IMG/VR virus record: IMGVR_UViG_3300028584_000118
Location: 6,648-70,647 of that record
Reading direction: 5' to 3' (one strand)
From: a virus
DNA: 64,000 nt
Positions 1 through 10,800 of the stretch are shown here, piece after piece. The translations under genes and the position numbers were made by a program. The notes beneath the pieces were generated by a model. That model was not told where the DNA came from. It did not search any database and was given only the letters and a program-made list of their open reading frames with translations. The stretch's first letter is position 1; every line of letters starts with the position of its first letter.

Positions 1-1
1 A

Positions 2-964
2 TCAGGTCGACGTGATAGTACTCAGATCGTAGGTGTCAACCCATGTGCTGAGATTACATTACGTAGTGCTGGTTTATGTAACTTATCTGAAGTGGTTATT
101 CGTCAAGGCGATACACTTGATACACTGAAAGATAAAGTACGTATTGCTACTATCATCGGTACGTATCAATCCATGCTTACAGACTATCGTTATGTACGTG
201 CTATCTGGAAGAAAAACCAAGAAGAAGAACGCTTATTGGGAGTATCTCTCACAGGTATTATGGATCATGAAATATTGAGTTATGTAGGTCCAATATCTAT
301 TCAATGGTTAGAAGAGTTAAAAGCTCATGCTATTGAAGTCAATAAAGAGTGGGCTGCTAAACTTGGTATCAATCAATCCGTAGCTATCACTACTGTAAAA
401 CCATCAGGCACTGTATCTCAGTTAGTTGATAGTGCTTCAGGTAAGCATGAACGTTATGCTCCTTACTATCTCCGTACTGTACGTGCAGACAAGAAAGATC
501 CTTTAGCACAGTTAATGCGTGCACAAGGATTCCCAGTAGAAGATTGTGCTGTCAAACCAGATAGTACAGACATCTTCACATTCCCTGTCAAAGCTCCTGA
601 CGGTTCTATATTCCGTAATGATCGTTCAGCTATTCAACAATTGGAACACTACTTAATGTTTCAAAAACATTGGTCTGAGCATAATGTGTCTAATACTATT
701 TATGTCAAAGATCATGAGTGGTTAGCTGTAGGTAATTGGGTATATGAAAACTTTGATTTGATTGCTGGTGTAAGTTTCTTACCTTACTCAGATCATACAT
801 ATCGTCAAGCTCCTTACACTGAATGCGCAAAAGAAGATTACGAGGCTTTTCTATCTAAGATGCCTGAGTTTGATTGGACTGAATTATCTAACTATGAGAA
901 AGATGATTCAACAGTCAATACTCGTGAATTAGCTTGTACATCAGGTGTATGTGAAATCCTTTAA
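2..964 (+). CDS. nrdJ: Class II (AdoCbl-dependent) ribonucleotide reductase, C-terminal part (5'-truncated by window)
   Basis: Frame is open from base 2 and reads VGVNPCAEI...CNLSEV (NPCxE active site), then TVKPSGTVS and C-terminal ELACTSGVCEI. Confidence 0.9.
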   Translation, partial: SGRRDSTQIVGVNPCAEITLRSAGLCNLSEVVIRQGDTLDTLKDKVRIATIIGTYQSMLTDYRYVRAIWKKNQEEERLLGVSLTGIMDHEILSYVGPISIQWLEELKAHAIEVNKEWAAKLGINQSVAITTVKPSGTVSQLVDSASGKHERYAPYYLRTVRADKKDPLAQLMRAQGFPVEDCAVKPDSTDIFTFPVKAPDGSIFRNDRSAIQQLEHYLMFQKHWSEHNVSNTIYVKDHEWLAVGNWVYENFDLIAGVSFLPYSDHTYRQAPYTECAKEDYEAFLSKMPEFDWTELSNYEKDDSTVNTRELACTSGVCEIL

Positions 965-975
965 TTAACCTTTAT

Positions 976-993
976 GACTCCCTTCGGGGAGTC
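976..993 (+). other. UUCG stem-loop between nrdJ and next RBS
   Basis: GACTCCC-TTCG-GGGAGTC with no U-tract; terminator or mRNA-stabilising hairpin. Confidence 0.5.
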
Positions 994-1005
994 TAGGAGA
1001 ATACT

Positions 1006-1425
1006 ATGAAACAAGGATGGCCTTGTACTAATTTTGGATGCGGTGGACACGCTACTACACCAACAGGAGTATGTAGTGAATGTCAAAGAGCTGTGAATAG
1101 AATTAATGAAATAGCTAAAGCTCATATTGAAAGTCGGTCTGTTTCAGAGCTTATAGTAGATCATGCTATAAAAAAACGTGAAGAAGCTAAGGAATCTACA
1201 GCAAATAAATATCCTAAGTACTACAGAAATGTGTCTAACTTAGATCATATTGATGTGTACCAAGTACATAAACTATTTGGCGTAGATGACTCTTCCGGAG
1301 CTATTCAACATGCTAGTAAGAAGCTCTTATTATCAGGTATGCGTACTGGTAATAAAACCAAATATCAAGATATCAAAGAAGCTCGTGATACTTTGAATCG
1401 TTGGTTAGAAATGAACGAAGAGTAA
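1006..1425 (+). CDS. Conserved phage hypothetical protein
   Basis: AGGAG RBS; IDVY...HASKKLL..G.R...QDIKEA pattern common in phages; N-terminal Cys cluster. Confidence 0.7.
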   Translation: MKQGWPCTNFGCGGHATTPTGVCSECQRAVNRINEIAKAHIESRSVSELIVDHAIKKREEAKESTANKYPKYYRNVSNLDHIDVYQVHKLFGVDDSSGAIQHASKKLLLSGMRTGNKTKYQDIKEARDTLNRWLEMNEE

Positions 1426-1433
1426 ACTCTGAT

Positions 1434-1458
1434 GCGCAAATCCTTGCGCTTTTGTGAA
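1434..1458 (+). promoter_or_regulatory. Candidate phage-RNAP hairpin promoter (TCC-loop class)
   Basis: GCGCAA-ATCC-TTGCGC followed by TTTTGTGAA; resembles 44444-44468; lies upstream of the likely start at 1477. Confidence 0.45.
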
Positions 1459-1476
1459 AATCTTTTAAGGAAAATT

Positions 1477-2460
1477 ATGGCTACTAGATATCTAAATGTT
1501 TCAGAAGTACCTTTAGCTTTAGGAGTATTCCTAGCTACAGATAACTATGAATACAATTCAGACCCTAATACCATATCTACTACTACTCTCTTGAAACCAG
1601 TAAGGCAAATCATTCTAGCTGCTAGATTAAATCAGCAACAAGGAATGGTTAACCTAATTGATCAAGCCAAGAATAGAGTAGGTGCAGCAATCCATGATGG
1701 TATTGAGAATGCTTGGAAAACAAACCATGTAAATGCAATGCTATCTATGGGATATCCTCAGAAAGTAATTGATAGGATTAAGATCAATCCTGATCCAGCT
1801 ACACTAACAGCAGATGACATACCTGTTTATCTTGAACAACGCTTATCTAAGAAGATAGGCCGATGGACAGTAACAGGTAAGTTTGATTTTGTTGGTGAAG
1901 GTAAAGTTCAAGATTTTAAATCAACAGCAACTTACTCATATACCCAACAAGTAAGCGCAGATAAATACATTCAACAAGGAAGTATTTACCGTTGGCTTAA
2001 TCCAAAAATGATTACTCAACCTAGGATGGAAATTCACTATATCTTTACTGATTGGAAAGCATCACTAGCTCGCAATCCAGAATACCCACCTAAGCCGGTA
2101 TTCACACAGGGATTTGATTTAATGTCTTTGGAATCTACAGAGGCATTTATCCAAAAGAAGCTACAGCTTTTAGACCAGTATTCTGGAGCACCAGAATCAG
2201 ACATTCCAAAATGTACTGAAGAAGACTTATGGCGATCGGATAAGGTTTTCAAATATTACAAAAACCCTGAGAAGGTATCAGGTAGAAGCACAAAGAACTT
2301 TGACACAATGCAGGAAGCATTGATTCGTCTTTCACAAGATAAACATGTAGGCATTGTTAAAGAAGTTCCAGGGGAAGCTAAAGCTTGTAAGTACTGTCCT
2401 GCATTTGCACTCTGCAGTCAGAAAGATGAGCTCATAGCTTCGGGTGATTTAACCATTTAA
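1477..2460 (+). CDS. PD-(D/E)XK Cas4-like exonuclease (conserved N4-like gene upstream of primase)
   Basis: GKFD...DFK nuclease motif; C...CKYC...C cluster; start moved to ATG 1477 after AAGGAA RBS. Confidence 0.75.
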   Translation: MATRYLNVSEVPLALGVFLATDNYEYNSDPNTISTTTLLKPVRQIILAARLNQQQGMVNLIDQAKNRVGAAIHDGIENAWKTNHVNAMLSMGYPQKVIDRIKINPDPATLTADDIPVYLEQRLSKKIGRWTVTGKFDFVGEGKVQDFKSTATYSYTQQVSADKYIQQGSIYRWLNPKMITQPRMEIHYIFTDWKASLARNPEYPPKPVFTQGFDLMSLESTEAFIQKKLQLLDQYSGAPESDIPKCTEEDLWRSDKVFKYYKNPEKVSGRSTKNFDTMQEALIRLSQDKHVGIVKEVPGEAKACKYCPAFALCSQKDELIASGDLTI

Positions 2461-2473
2461 CTGAGGAAACACC

Positions 2474-4618
2474 ATGTTAGATCTTGATGCAATGGAACAT
2501 CATCCAACATCAGAAAAGATAGTAGAGATTCTTTGTAGCAAAACACAGAACGATAATCCATTATTCTTCCGAGTATTAGTGGGTTATTACTTTAGTGTAG
2601 TAGCTTCAATGATGCGTACTACTATTGGTACACATGATCGGGGAGATATCCCTGTAAACATGTATGCATTAAATTTAAGTCCTTCAGGTACAGGTAAGGG
2701 ATTCTCAACTAACATTATTGAGAACCAAGTAATCAACTTATTCCGTACAAAGTTTACTGAAGAAACTTTCCCAGCCTTGGCAGAAATCAATCTTCCTAAA
2801 CTTGCAATAAAAAGAGCAAATCGTAGTGCTACTGATCCAGACGAAGAGATCACTAAAGTTGAGAGAGAATTCAATCAACTTGGATCATTGGTTTTTAGTT
2901 TTGACTCAGGTACTCCAGCAGCAGTTAAACAGATGCGTCATAAACTGTTGATGGCTGATGGTGGTTCTATGAATCTTCAGATTGATGAGATTGGTTCAAA
3001 CTTAGTAGGTAATATCGAAGTCTTAAATACGTTCTTGGAACTGTATGACATTGGTAATATCAAACAGAAGTTAATCAAGAACACAACTGAGAATACTCGT
3101 AATGAAGAGATTGTAGGCCGTACACCAACTAACATGATGATGTTTGGTACTCCATCTAAACTACTTAACGGTAGTAAGACAGAGGAAGAACTTTATTCAA
3201 TGTTAGAAACAGGTTATGCACGTCGTTGCTACTTTGGTTATTGCAGAAGCGTAACTAAGGCAGCTACACAATCTCCAATTGACGTGTACAACGCTTTAGC
3301 AAACCAACAAAGTAATCAGTTCCTTGAGCAGTTATCATTGCGTTTAGAGTCACTTGCTGACATGACGTATATGAAGAGGCGTCTGACAATGAGTAAAGAT
3401 ACTAGCTTACTCTTGATCGAATATCGTTTGAAGTGTGAACGAGAAGCGGAAGCTCTACCAGAGCATGAAGAAATCAAGAAAGCAGAAATCTCACATCGTT
3501 ATTTCAAAGCCTTAAAACTTGCTGGAGCTTATGCTTTTATTGATGATTCAATGGAGCTCACAGAGCAACATTTATATCATGCAATTAAACTTGCTGAAGA
3601 ATCGGGTGAAGCATTCAATCGTCTTTTAACTCGTGATCGTAACTGGGTTAAATTAGCTAAGTACATTGCGTCTGTAAAACGTGATGTTACTCAAGCAGAT
3701 TTGGTTGAAGACTTACCTTTCTATCGTGGTGCAGCCGGACAGAAAGCAGAGATGCTTAGTCTAGCTATTGCTTACGGTTACAAGAACAATATCATCATCA
3801 AGAAATCATTTGCTGATGGTATTGAATTCTTACGAGGTGAGACACTTGAAGCCACAGACATAAATAAAATTGTTGTGTCTTATGGTCAAGAGTTAGCTGA
3901 GAACTACAAGAATGAATTTGCACCTTTTGATAAGCTTCATATCCTTACTCAAAATCCAAATTTACATTGGACTTCTCACCATTTAGAAAATGGTTATCGT
4001 ACTGAAGATAATTGCATTCCTGGTTTCAACGCTGTTGTATTAGATGTTGATGGTGGAACCAGTATGCAGACAGCTCATCTGTTACTCAAGAACTACAAGT
4101 ACTTGATGTACACAACAAAGAGCCATACTGAAGATGATCATTGTTTCCGTATTATTCTTCCAATTAACTACAAGTTAGCAATGGATTCCAAGGACTATAA
4201 AGAGTTCATGGCAAACATTTATGAGTGGTTACCATTTGAAGTTGATACAGCGACTAATCAACGTGCACGTAAGTGGATGTCTAATGATGGGGTCTTTGAG
4301 TACAACGACGGTGAGTTATTGGATGCATTGCCATTCATTCCTAAAACCAGTAAGAATGAGGAACGTAAGGAGCTCCTGAATTCTCAACAATCTATGGATA
4401 ACTTAGAACGTTGGGTTATCAATAATATTGGTGATGGTAACCGTAATAATATGTTGTTGCGTTATGCAATGATATTGACTGATGCTGGATTTAGTTTTGA
4501 CAATGTACGATCAAAAGTAACTGAGTTAAATTCTAAAATACCAGACAAGTTAGACGAGTCTGAGATCACAGGAACAATTATGATTTCAGTTGCTAAAGCA
4601 ATTGCTAAACGTCCCTAG
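2474..4618 (+). CDS. N4 gp43-like DNA primase
   Basis: 714 aa; SPSGTGKG P-loop; LDVDGG prim-pol motif; C-terminal GDGNRNNML (PriCT-like); synteny. Confidence 0.85.
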   Translation: MLDLDAMEHHPTSEKIVEILCSKTQNDNPLFFRVLVGYYFSVVASMMRTTIGTHDRGDIPVNMYALNLSPSGTGKGFSTNIIENQVINLFRTKFTEETFPALAEINLPKLAIKRANRSATDPDEEITKVEREFNQLGSLVFSFDSGTPAAVKQMRHKLLMADGGSMNLQIDEIGSNLVGNIEVLNTFLELYDIGNIKQKLIKNTTENTRNEEIVGRTPTNMMMFGTPSKLLNGSKTEEELYSMLETGYARRCYFGYCRSVTKAATQSPIDVYNALANQQSNQFLEQLSLRLESLADMTYMKRRLTMSKDTSLLLIEYRLKCEREAEALPEHEEIKKAEISHRYFKALKLAGAYAFIDDSMELTEQHLYHAIKLAEESGEAFNRLLTRDRNWVKLAKYIASVKRDVTQADLVEDLPFYRGAAGQKAEMLSLAIAYGYKNNIIIKKSFADGIEFLRGETLEATDINKIVVSYGQELAENYKNEFAPFDKLHILTQNPNLHWTSHHLENGYRTEDNCIPGFNAVVLDVDGGTSMQTAHLLLKNYKYLMYTTKSHTEDDHCFRIILPINYKLAMDSKDYKEFMANIYEWLPFEVDTATNQRARKWMSNDGVFEYNDGELLDALPFIPKTSKNEERKELLNSQQSMDNLERWVINNIGDGNRNNMLLRYAMILTDAGFSFDNVRSKVTELNSKIPDKLDESEITGTIMISVAKAIAKRP

Positions 4619-4628
4619 GAGAAATGAA

Positions 4629-4829
4629 ATGGAACGTGAAACAGATTTGCCTTATGACTATGAGGATTTGGGTTTAGGAGCTCAAGAGCTGGAATCAAAA
4701 TATCCTAATGGGCATATTGAATACACAATTGAAAAATGGAGAAAGATAGCTGATACAGATACTACCCAAAACGGTTATTGGGATTGGGTAATAACTCAAA
4801 TTGAAAAAGATGACGAAAATTATGAATAG
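4629..4829 (+). CDS. Hypothetical acidic protein
   Basis: ORF between primase and ATPase; start after AGGAG. Confidence 0.6.
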   Translation: MERETDLPYDYEDLGLGAQELESKYPNGHIEYTIEKWRKIADTDTTQNGYWDWVITQIEKDDENYE

Positions 4830-4837
4830 GAAAATAA

Positions 4838-5563
4838 ATGGATAACATCAACGATCAGTTAATTCTTATTTGTGGTAAGTCAGCTACCGGTAAGTCAGCT
4901 TCCTTAATTCATTTGGAAAACCATGAAAGAGTAATGTATTTAAACTGTGAAGCAGGTAAGCGATTACCTTTCAAAAACAAGTTTAAATCATATACAATTA
5001 CCGATCCTCATCAGGTCTTAGAAGCTTTTGATTTTGCAGAAACCAGAGATGATATTGATACTATCGTAGTAGATAGTTTGACGTTCTTAATGGATATGTA
5101 TGAATCTCTCTTTGTTCTCAATTCCACCAATGGAATGAAGGCATGGGGAGATTACTTTCAGTTCTATAAAACACTGATGCAGGAAAAAGTTGCACGTACT
5201 AAGAAGAGTGTCATCTTCATCGCACATACTCTTGATACGTACAACGAGTCAGAAATGGTAATGGAAACCAAAGTGCCTATTAAAGGTGCATTGAAGAACA
5301 ATGGAATAGAAAGTTATTTCAGTGTAGTCATTGCATCTAAAAAAGTACCTTTGAAAGTACTTAAAGAATATGGATCAGACTCTTTGGTTATCACACCCGA
5401 AGAAGAAGCTCTTGGCTTTAAGTATGTCTTCCAAACCAAGATCACTAAGGACACTACAAATGAGCGTCTACGTGGTCCATTAGGCTTGTTTGATACGAAG
5501 GAAACCTTCATTGATAACAATGCTCAACTAGTTTTGCGTAAGCTTCACGATTACTACGCTTAA
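4838..5563 (+). CDS. N4 gp44-like AAA ATPase (Sak4-like recombinase)
   Basis: GKSATGKS Walker A; IVVDS Walker B; immediately upstream of SSB. Confidence 0.85.
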   Translation: MDNINDQLILICGKSATGKSASLIHLENHERVMYLNCEAGKRLPFKNKFKSYTITDPHQVLEAFDFAETRDDIDTIVVDSLTFLMDMYESLFVLNSTNGMKAWGDYFQFYKTLMQEKVARTKKSVIFIAHTLDTYNESEMVMETKVPIKGALKNNGIESYFSVVIASKKVPLKVLKEYGSDSLVITPEEEALGFKYVFQTKITKDTTNERLRGPLGLFDTKETFIDNNAQLVLRKLHDYYA

Positions 5564-5592
5564 CTTTTATTAACCAACTACGAAAGTAAAAA

Positions 5593-6330
5593 ATGTCACT
5601 ATTAAAATCACTCACATCAGACGAATCAATTGAAAACGAAAAAGACTCAGTTGGTGGTAATGGCCCACTGGACTCAGGTATTTATACGTTTAAGATTGTA
5701 TCTGCTTATGTAACCAAAGCAGACTCTGAGGCTGTAGGTCTGGTAGTCAACTTTGAAAATGATGACAAACAGTTCTTACGTCAAACATTGTGGATGACCT
5801 CTGGTAAAGCCAAAGGTGGTAACAACTATTACATCAACAAGAAATCAGGTGAGAAGAAATACTTGCCAGGTTACTTGATGGCTAATAGTTTGGCTTTGCT
5901 TGCTGCAGGTAAAGAGATTAACCAACTCGATACTGAAGATAAAGTGATCCCAATTTACTCAGCTAAATCCAAAGCAGAAGTACCTACAAAAGTACCTATG
6001 ATTATGGATTTGGTAGGTAAAGAAGTTATCTTAGGTGTTATCCGTCAAACAGTCGACAAAACTGTTAAGGATGCAGCAGGTAACTACAATCCAACAGGTG
6101 AGACTCGTGATGAAAACGAATTAGATAAAGTATTCCGTGCAAGCGATCGCATGACTACTTCAGAGATTCGTGCCAAAGCAGAAACACCTGTGTTCATTGA
6201 AACTTGGGCTGCTAAGTGGACCGGTAAAACAAAGAACAAATCTTCAGGTGCTACTGGAGCGTCTGGTACTGCCGGTGCACCTAAAGCAGCAGGAGCATCT
6301 ACTAAGCCAACTACAAGTTTGTTTAGCTAA
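5593..6330 (+). CDS. N4 gp45-like single-stranded DNA-binding protein
   Basis: Synteny; YLPG and DKVF motifs; flexible tail ending SLFS as in N4 SSB. Confidence 0.8.
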   Translation: MSLLKSLTSDESIENEKDSVGGNGPLDSGIYTFKIVSAYVTKADSEAVGLVVNFENDDKQFLRQTLWMTSGKAKGGNNYYINKKSGEKKYLPGYLMANSLALLAAGKEINQLDTEDKVIPIYSAKSKAEVPTKVPMIMDLVGKEVILGVIRQTVDKTVKDAAGNYNPTGETRDENELDKVFRASDRMTTSEIRAKAETPVFIETWAAKWTGKTKNKSSGATGASGTAGAPKAAGASTKPTTSLFS

Positions 6331-6355
6331 TCTTAATAGTTAGTTTTATTAATCT

Positions 6356-6390
6356 AATAGTCTTCTAGGTAAAACTAGGAGACTATTTTT
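6356..6390 (+). terminator. Rho-independent terminator
   Basis: AATAGTCTTCTAG-GTAAAA-CTAGGAGACTATT followed by T-run. Confidence 0.7.
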
Positions 6391-6403
6391 ATTAGGTGTA
6401 ATT

Positions 6404-6727
6404 ATGACGGATACAGTTGACCAAACACAGCAGCCACAAATAGTAGATTTAGGTACGTTCATTAATCTAATCACTGATTGGCACGCAAACAAAGTAGCTT
6501 TCTTAGCTCATCTTAAAGCAGTTCCAGCAGGAGTTAAGATGACATTGAATGATGAAGAGGAGATTCTCTTAGAAGGGGATTTCTTAAAAGGCTTTCAATA
6601 TGCTATGGGAGTAGCTTTATCAGAATTAGGTACATCACCTATTTCTCGTGGGATTATTGTAGAAGTTCCAGAAGCCACACAATCTGAAGTTCAGGTTACC
6701 GGAGAAGGTAATGACACTGTCCACTAA
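6404..6727 (+). CDS. Hypothetical protein
   Basis: AGGTG RBS; operon context. Confidence 0.65.
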   Translation: MTDTVDQTQQPQIVDLGTFINLITDWHANKVAFLAHLKAVPAGVKMTLNDEEEILLEGDFLKGFQYAMGVALSELGTSPISRGIIVEVPEATQSEVQVTGEGNDTVH

Positions 6728-7292
6728 CCAAGCTGGAATACGTGTTGTTGGTTTTGATCCTAGTTTACGTAACTGGGGAATAAGCCAAGGTTACTATGAC
6801 CCGGTTAAAGGTCTTAGCATATCCCAAGTCAGTACACTTTGCCCGGTAGAACTTACTGGCAAACAAGTTAGAAATAACAGTAAGGATTTGGAATGCGCAA
6901 AGCAATTGTGTGAAGGTGCTTTAGAAGCAGCAAAGAATGCTCAGGCTATCTTTGTTGAAGTTCCTATAGGAAGTCAATCAGCAAGAGCTATGGCTTCATA
7001 TGGGATCTGTGTAGGTGTCCTAGGTGCTCTCAGAGCAACTGGAATTCCTTTCTTTGAAGTTACCCCTACAGAAGTCAAGATGGCCTCTGTAGGCTCTCGT
7101 ACAGCATCCAAAGCAGAAATGATCCAATGGGCTTTACAAACTCATCCTGAAGCTCCCTGGTCCCGTTACAAGGAACATGGAGTAATGGTGATAAGTGAAG
7201 CCAAGGTAGAGCATCAAGCTGATGCTACTGCAGCAATCTATGCAGGGTTGGCTTCAAATGCTTTTAAGCAAATGTTGCCATTTTTAAAATAA
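6711..7292 (+). CDS. RuvC-like Holliday junction resolvase
   Basis: VVGFDPSL, IFVEVP and HQADATA give the D/E/D RNase H-fold triad. Confidence 0.85.
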   Translation: MTLSTNQAGIRVVGFDPSLRNWGISQGYYDPVKGLSISQVSTLCPVELTGKQVRNNSKDLECAKQLCEGALEAAKNAQAIFVEVPIGSQSARAMASYGICVGVLGALRATGIPFFEVTPTEVKMASVGSRTASKAEMIQWALQTHPEAPWSRYKEHGVMVISEAKVEHQADATAAIYAGLASNAFKQMLPFLK

Positions 7293-7309
7293 ACTTAGAA
7301 AGGTAAGAA

Positions 7310-7657
7310 ATGAATATCAATCTTAAACAAATTGAAATTGAACAAGCCCTACGTAACTACGTAGTTGATCAGGGTATTAATATTGAAGGTAAGAATGTAT
7401 CTATGGAATTTACTGCCGGCCGTAAAGGTAGTGGCTTGACTGTAGATGTAACTATTACTGACCCAACTATTAAAGCTTCAGGTTTAGCTACTGTTGTAGT
7501 TAAAGCAACTGCCTCAGCCTTAACAACTACAAATGGTTCAACTACAGTAGAAACTGCTGAAGTTGTAACAGCTCAACCAAAAGTAGAAGTAGAAACTACT
7601 GAAGCTGATCCTGGCTATTCTACTGCAGCTCCTACCTCCGGTAGTCTTTTCACTTAA
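7310..7657 (+). CDS. Conserved N4-like hypothetical protein
   Basis: I.L.Q.EIEQAL..YV...GI...GK.V...FTAGRK N-terminus; low-complexity tail ending SLFT. Confidence 0.7.
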   Translation: MNINLKQIEIEQALRNYVVDQGINIEGKNVSMEFTAGRKGSGLTVDVTITDPTIKASGLATVVVKATASALTTTNGSTTVETAEVVTAQPKVEVETTEADPGYSTAAPTSGSLFT

Positions 7658-7663
7658 TCTATT

Positions 7664-7840
7664 ATGGGATTACTTAAAAATATAGGTTACACCCTATTAG
7701 CCATTTTAGTAATCTCAATTTTAGTTGGATTGTTTCTACTGGTAGTATCTGTAGGTGCATTCCTAGTGGCAGCAGCTTTTATAGTTGGTGTCATTTGGTT
7801 TGTAGCTTGGATCATTAAATCAGTTTTTGAGTCCAAGTAA
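7664..7840 (+). CDS. Small membrane protein (58 aa, not in ORF track)
   Basis: MGLLKNIGYTLLAILVISILVGLFLLVVSVGAFLVAAAFIVGVIWFVAWIIKSVFESK; two hydrophobic segments. Confidence 0.65.
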   Translation: MGLLKNIGYTLLAILVISILVGLFLLVVSVGAFLVAAAFIVGVIWFVAWIIKSVFESK

Positions 7841-7851
7841 TTAATTGAATT

Positions 7852-7882
7852 AGAGCCCTCATAAAGAGGGCTCTTCTTTTTT
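7852..7882. terminator. Terminator at convergence of middle and late units
   Basis: AGAGCCCTC-ATAAA-GAGGGCTCT followed by TCTTTTTT. Confidence 0.8.
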
Positions 7883-10800
7883 ATTTAATTAACTTAGCCA
7901 TACTATCTAGAACCAATGTGTCATCCCATACAGTAAAGATCTGACCTGCTCCCATACGGAAAGGATTATTACCAATATGAGCCAAGAAAGAAGAATCAGT
8001 TACTAAAGGCAATGAACTATAGAAATGATTCAAAGCCACTAATCCTAACATCTGCAATGGGTGTTCTTTAGTTGTCTCTAACAATACTCGTTGAATACGG
8101 AAGAAGTATTTAATGAATGGAATGAAACCCATATCATCCATAAACTGAACTTTCTTATCCATCGGTACATCGTAGTTAATGAAAGCTTCACTCACTTTAT
8201 GTACAGCATCCTTCTCAAGCATAGGATTCTTAGCACGCTTAGTTAAGTGTTCAAACAAAACATAACGAGCAACAAAATCTGACATTTGAGTAGTCTTGCT
8301 CAAAGCTTTATATAACTTAGAGTTCCTAGTAACCAATACCGTATTAGCTACATCACGTACTGTTGGATTCACTCTATTTACATACCCCTCTACCTTCTTA
8401 GAGAAATTACTCTTATAAGAGTACTTATCATCTATCTCAGACAAGTCTTCAACAATTGAAGGACGTAAACCAAAATCAATTAATTTCTTAATTGGGCTAC
8501 GGTTAATAGCATCTTCCAATTGAACAATACGTTGTTCCTTCCTAGCAGCATCTCCCCTAATAAATCCCAAATCTCTTTCTAACTTGAGATCAAACAACTC
8601 AGTAGAGTTAGCATCCCATTGACGATATGCCTTAATAGCTACATGATGGTTTTTCATCAATTCACTTAAAGGAACACCATTCGCTTTTAGCAAAGAAATA
8701 TTACTGATGATGTTACCCAACATAACAGTACCGGTACGAATAACAACCACATCCTTAACCAGGGAAACAACTTCTTCCCAACCACGTTGACCACGACGAG
8801 TAACAATGTAGGCCATCTTACGACCATACTCTTCAGCTTCATCAATAAACATACCTTTAGAATGAATAGCGTATGTAGTAAGCATATGCTCTACAACCCA
8901 TTTGAATGCTGTCTCTGCATGGTTTAATGTGTTTGTGTCCTTTTCCCAAATACCACTCAAAGAATACTTACGGAAACCAAACAAAGGTAATACATATTTC
9001 TTACGAACCCAGATACCTTTATTGCTGCCTGTAGCATTACGAATATCTTCCTTCATTGCATAAGGTAACAATCTCCAAATTTCTTGCAGTTCTTTATCTG
9101 AACTCGTATTAGAGATAAAAATAAAATGATCTTGATTGGTTACATAGTTCTCTTTGTAATCCAAAGCTAATGCATCCACGATCACTTTATTTTGTTCTTT
9201 AGCTGTATCCTTACCAAAGGAAGTAGCAGCCATAGTACCCATCACTTGATCAATACGATTATCACGTTCCAAGATTGAATCACGTAATTGATGTGACATT
9301 TCATAACGCCAGTTAACTACTTCCATATTAGGATTCAATAATGGAATAAGGTAGTTACCTTTTTCTTTTCTTGGGTCCCATTGTAATGAAGCAGGAGAAT
9401 ACATCTGAGCCAATAATTTACGCTTAGTATTATTCACTGAAGCCAAATCAGAAGCATTTAATATACCTTCATCCATATTCAAATTACGGTTACTACCAAT
9501 AGCATTAGTACCTTTAGATTTATTAGAATCTAATTGGATTGCTCCGGATACATAAGGCATTGGTGCACCATCTTTTAATACATAGATCTGCTTCTTATCT
9601 GATGATGGATCAGCACTATCTATAAACACACCTGAATGCTGTTCGTAGTCTTGCTTAATTAATTCTTTACCTTCAGTAAGAGTAGTTACTTTAAAAGAAG
9701 TATGTGGATTAATAATCTCTGGCAAGTAACCCTTTACCATGAGCTCAGGTGAATCACTAAACAATCTTTCTTTGGCTTCAATATTCAATTTATGATGCAA
9801 AGATAAGAGCTCTGCAAAACCATTACCATTAGTACGTGAGTTTTCTTTATTAACTAAAGTACTCAAATACTTGCTCTTGTTTTGTCCCATGTAATCGAAT
9901 GCATACAATGTAACAAGCTGATCAATTATCTTCTCTGCTTGTTTTTGTTTTGCTTCTTCCATTGGTGTAGTAGTAGATAAGGCTTCTTTAGAAATAACTA
10001 AAGCATTCTTTAATTGCCCAGCTTCTAAAGCAGACTTACCGCTGATCATGTGAAAACCTAATCCTTTACTTTGTTTAATAAAGAAGAAGGCTCTCTTACC
10101 AAAAGCTTTAATGAGTTGTTTCTCTAAAGACTTAATCTCGCCTGTGCGATAAGAATCATCAGATAACAAGTTACTCAAATCAGCCATAGAATAATTATCA
10201 AGTAAGGTATAAGCACCTGTACGTAACAAACCAGATGTAACTACTCTATGATCTTCATCAGATAAGTAAGAACCATTATCTAAGAAGCCACCAAGTACTG
10301 CTTTACCTAAGCCATTCGCTATGTGTTCACGTTCAGCATTCAATGCAGTAGCGTTACGAACCATTGCAGATACTCGTGGGCCATAACCACGTACATCATT
10401 CATCATGTTCATTAACATACTGTGCTTGCTTTTATCAAACTCATTCCTTGCTTTGGTAAACAAATCCAAAGTATCAGGAATACGATCTTCAAGAAAGATA
10501 CGAGCAATAGCACCAACACCTTGAACAGTACCAAACTTATTATTACGAATGAAGTGGGACTTCAATAATTTACTTATTGAGGCTTTCAATACACTCACAA
10601 TCTTTTGTCCAGCTACATCTAAAGGCTCACCTACTTTAGCATTAGCACGTTGAATTAATGTGTTCTTCTTTCTGGCTTCGATCTCTACTAAACGATTAGT
10701 TAATACCATAATCTTTTCATTGATCTGTAAGTTACCAGTAGTTCTAGTAGCTAAGCCTGAATACAAATTAAGAATGAATTCAAAGATATTAGATAACGTT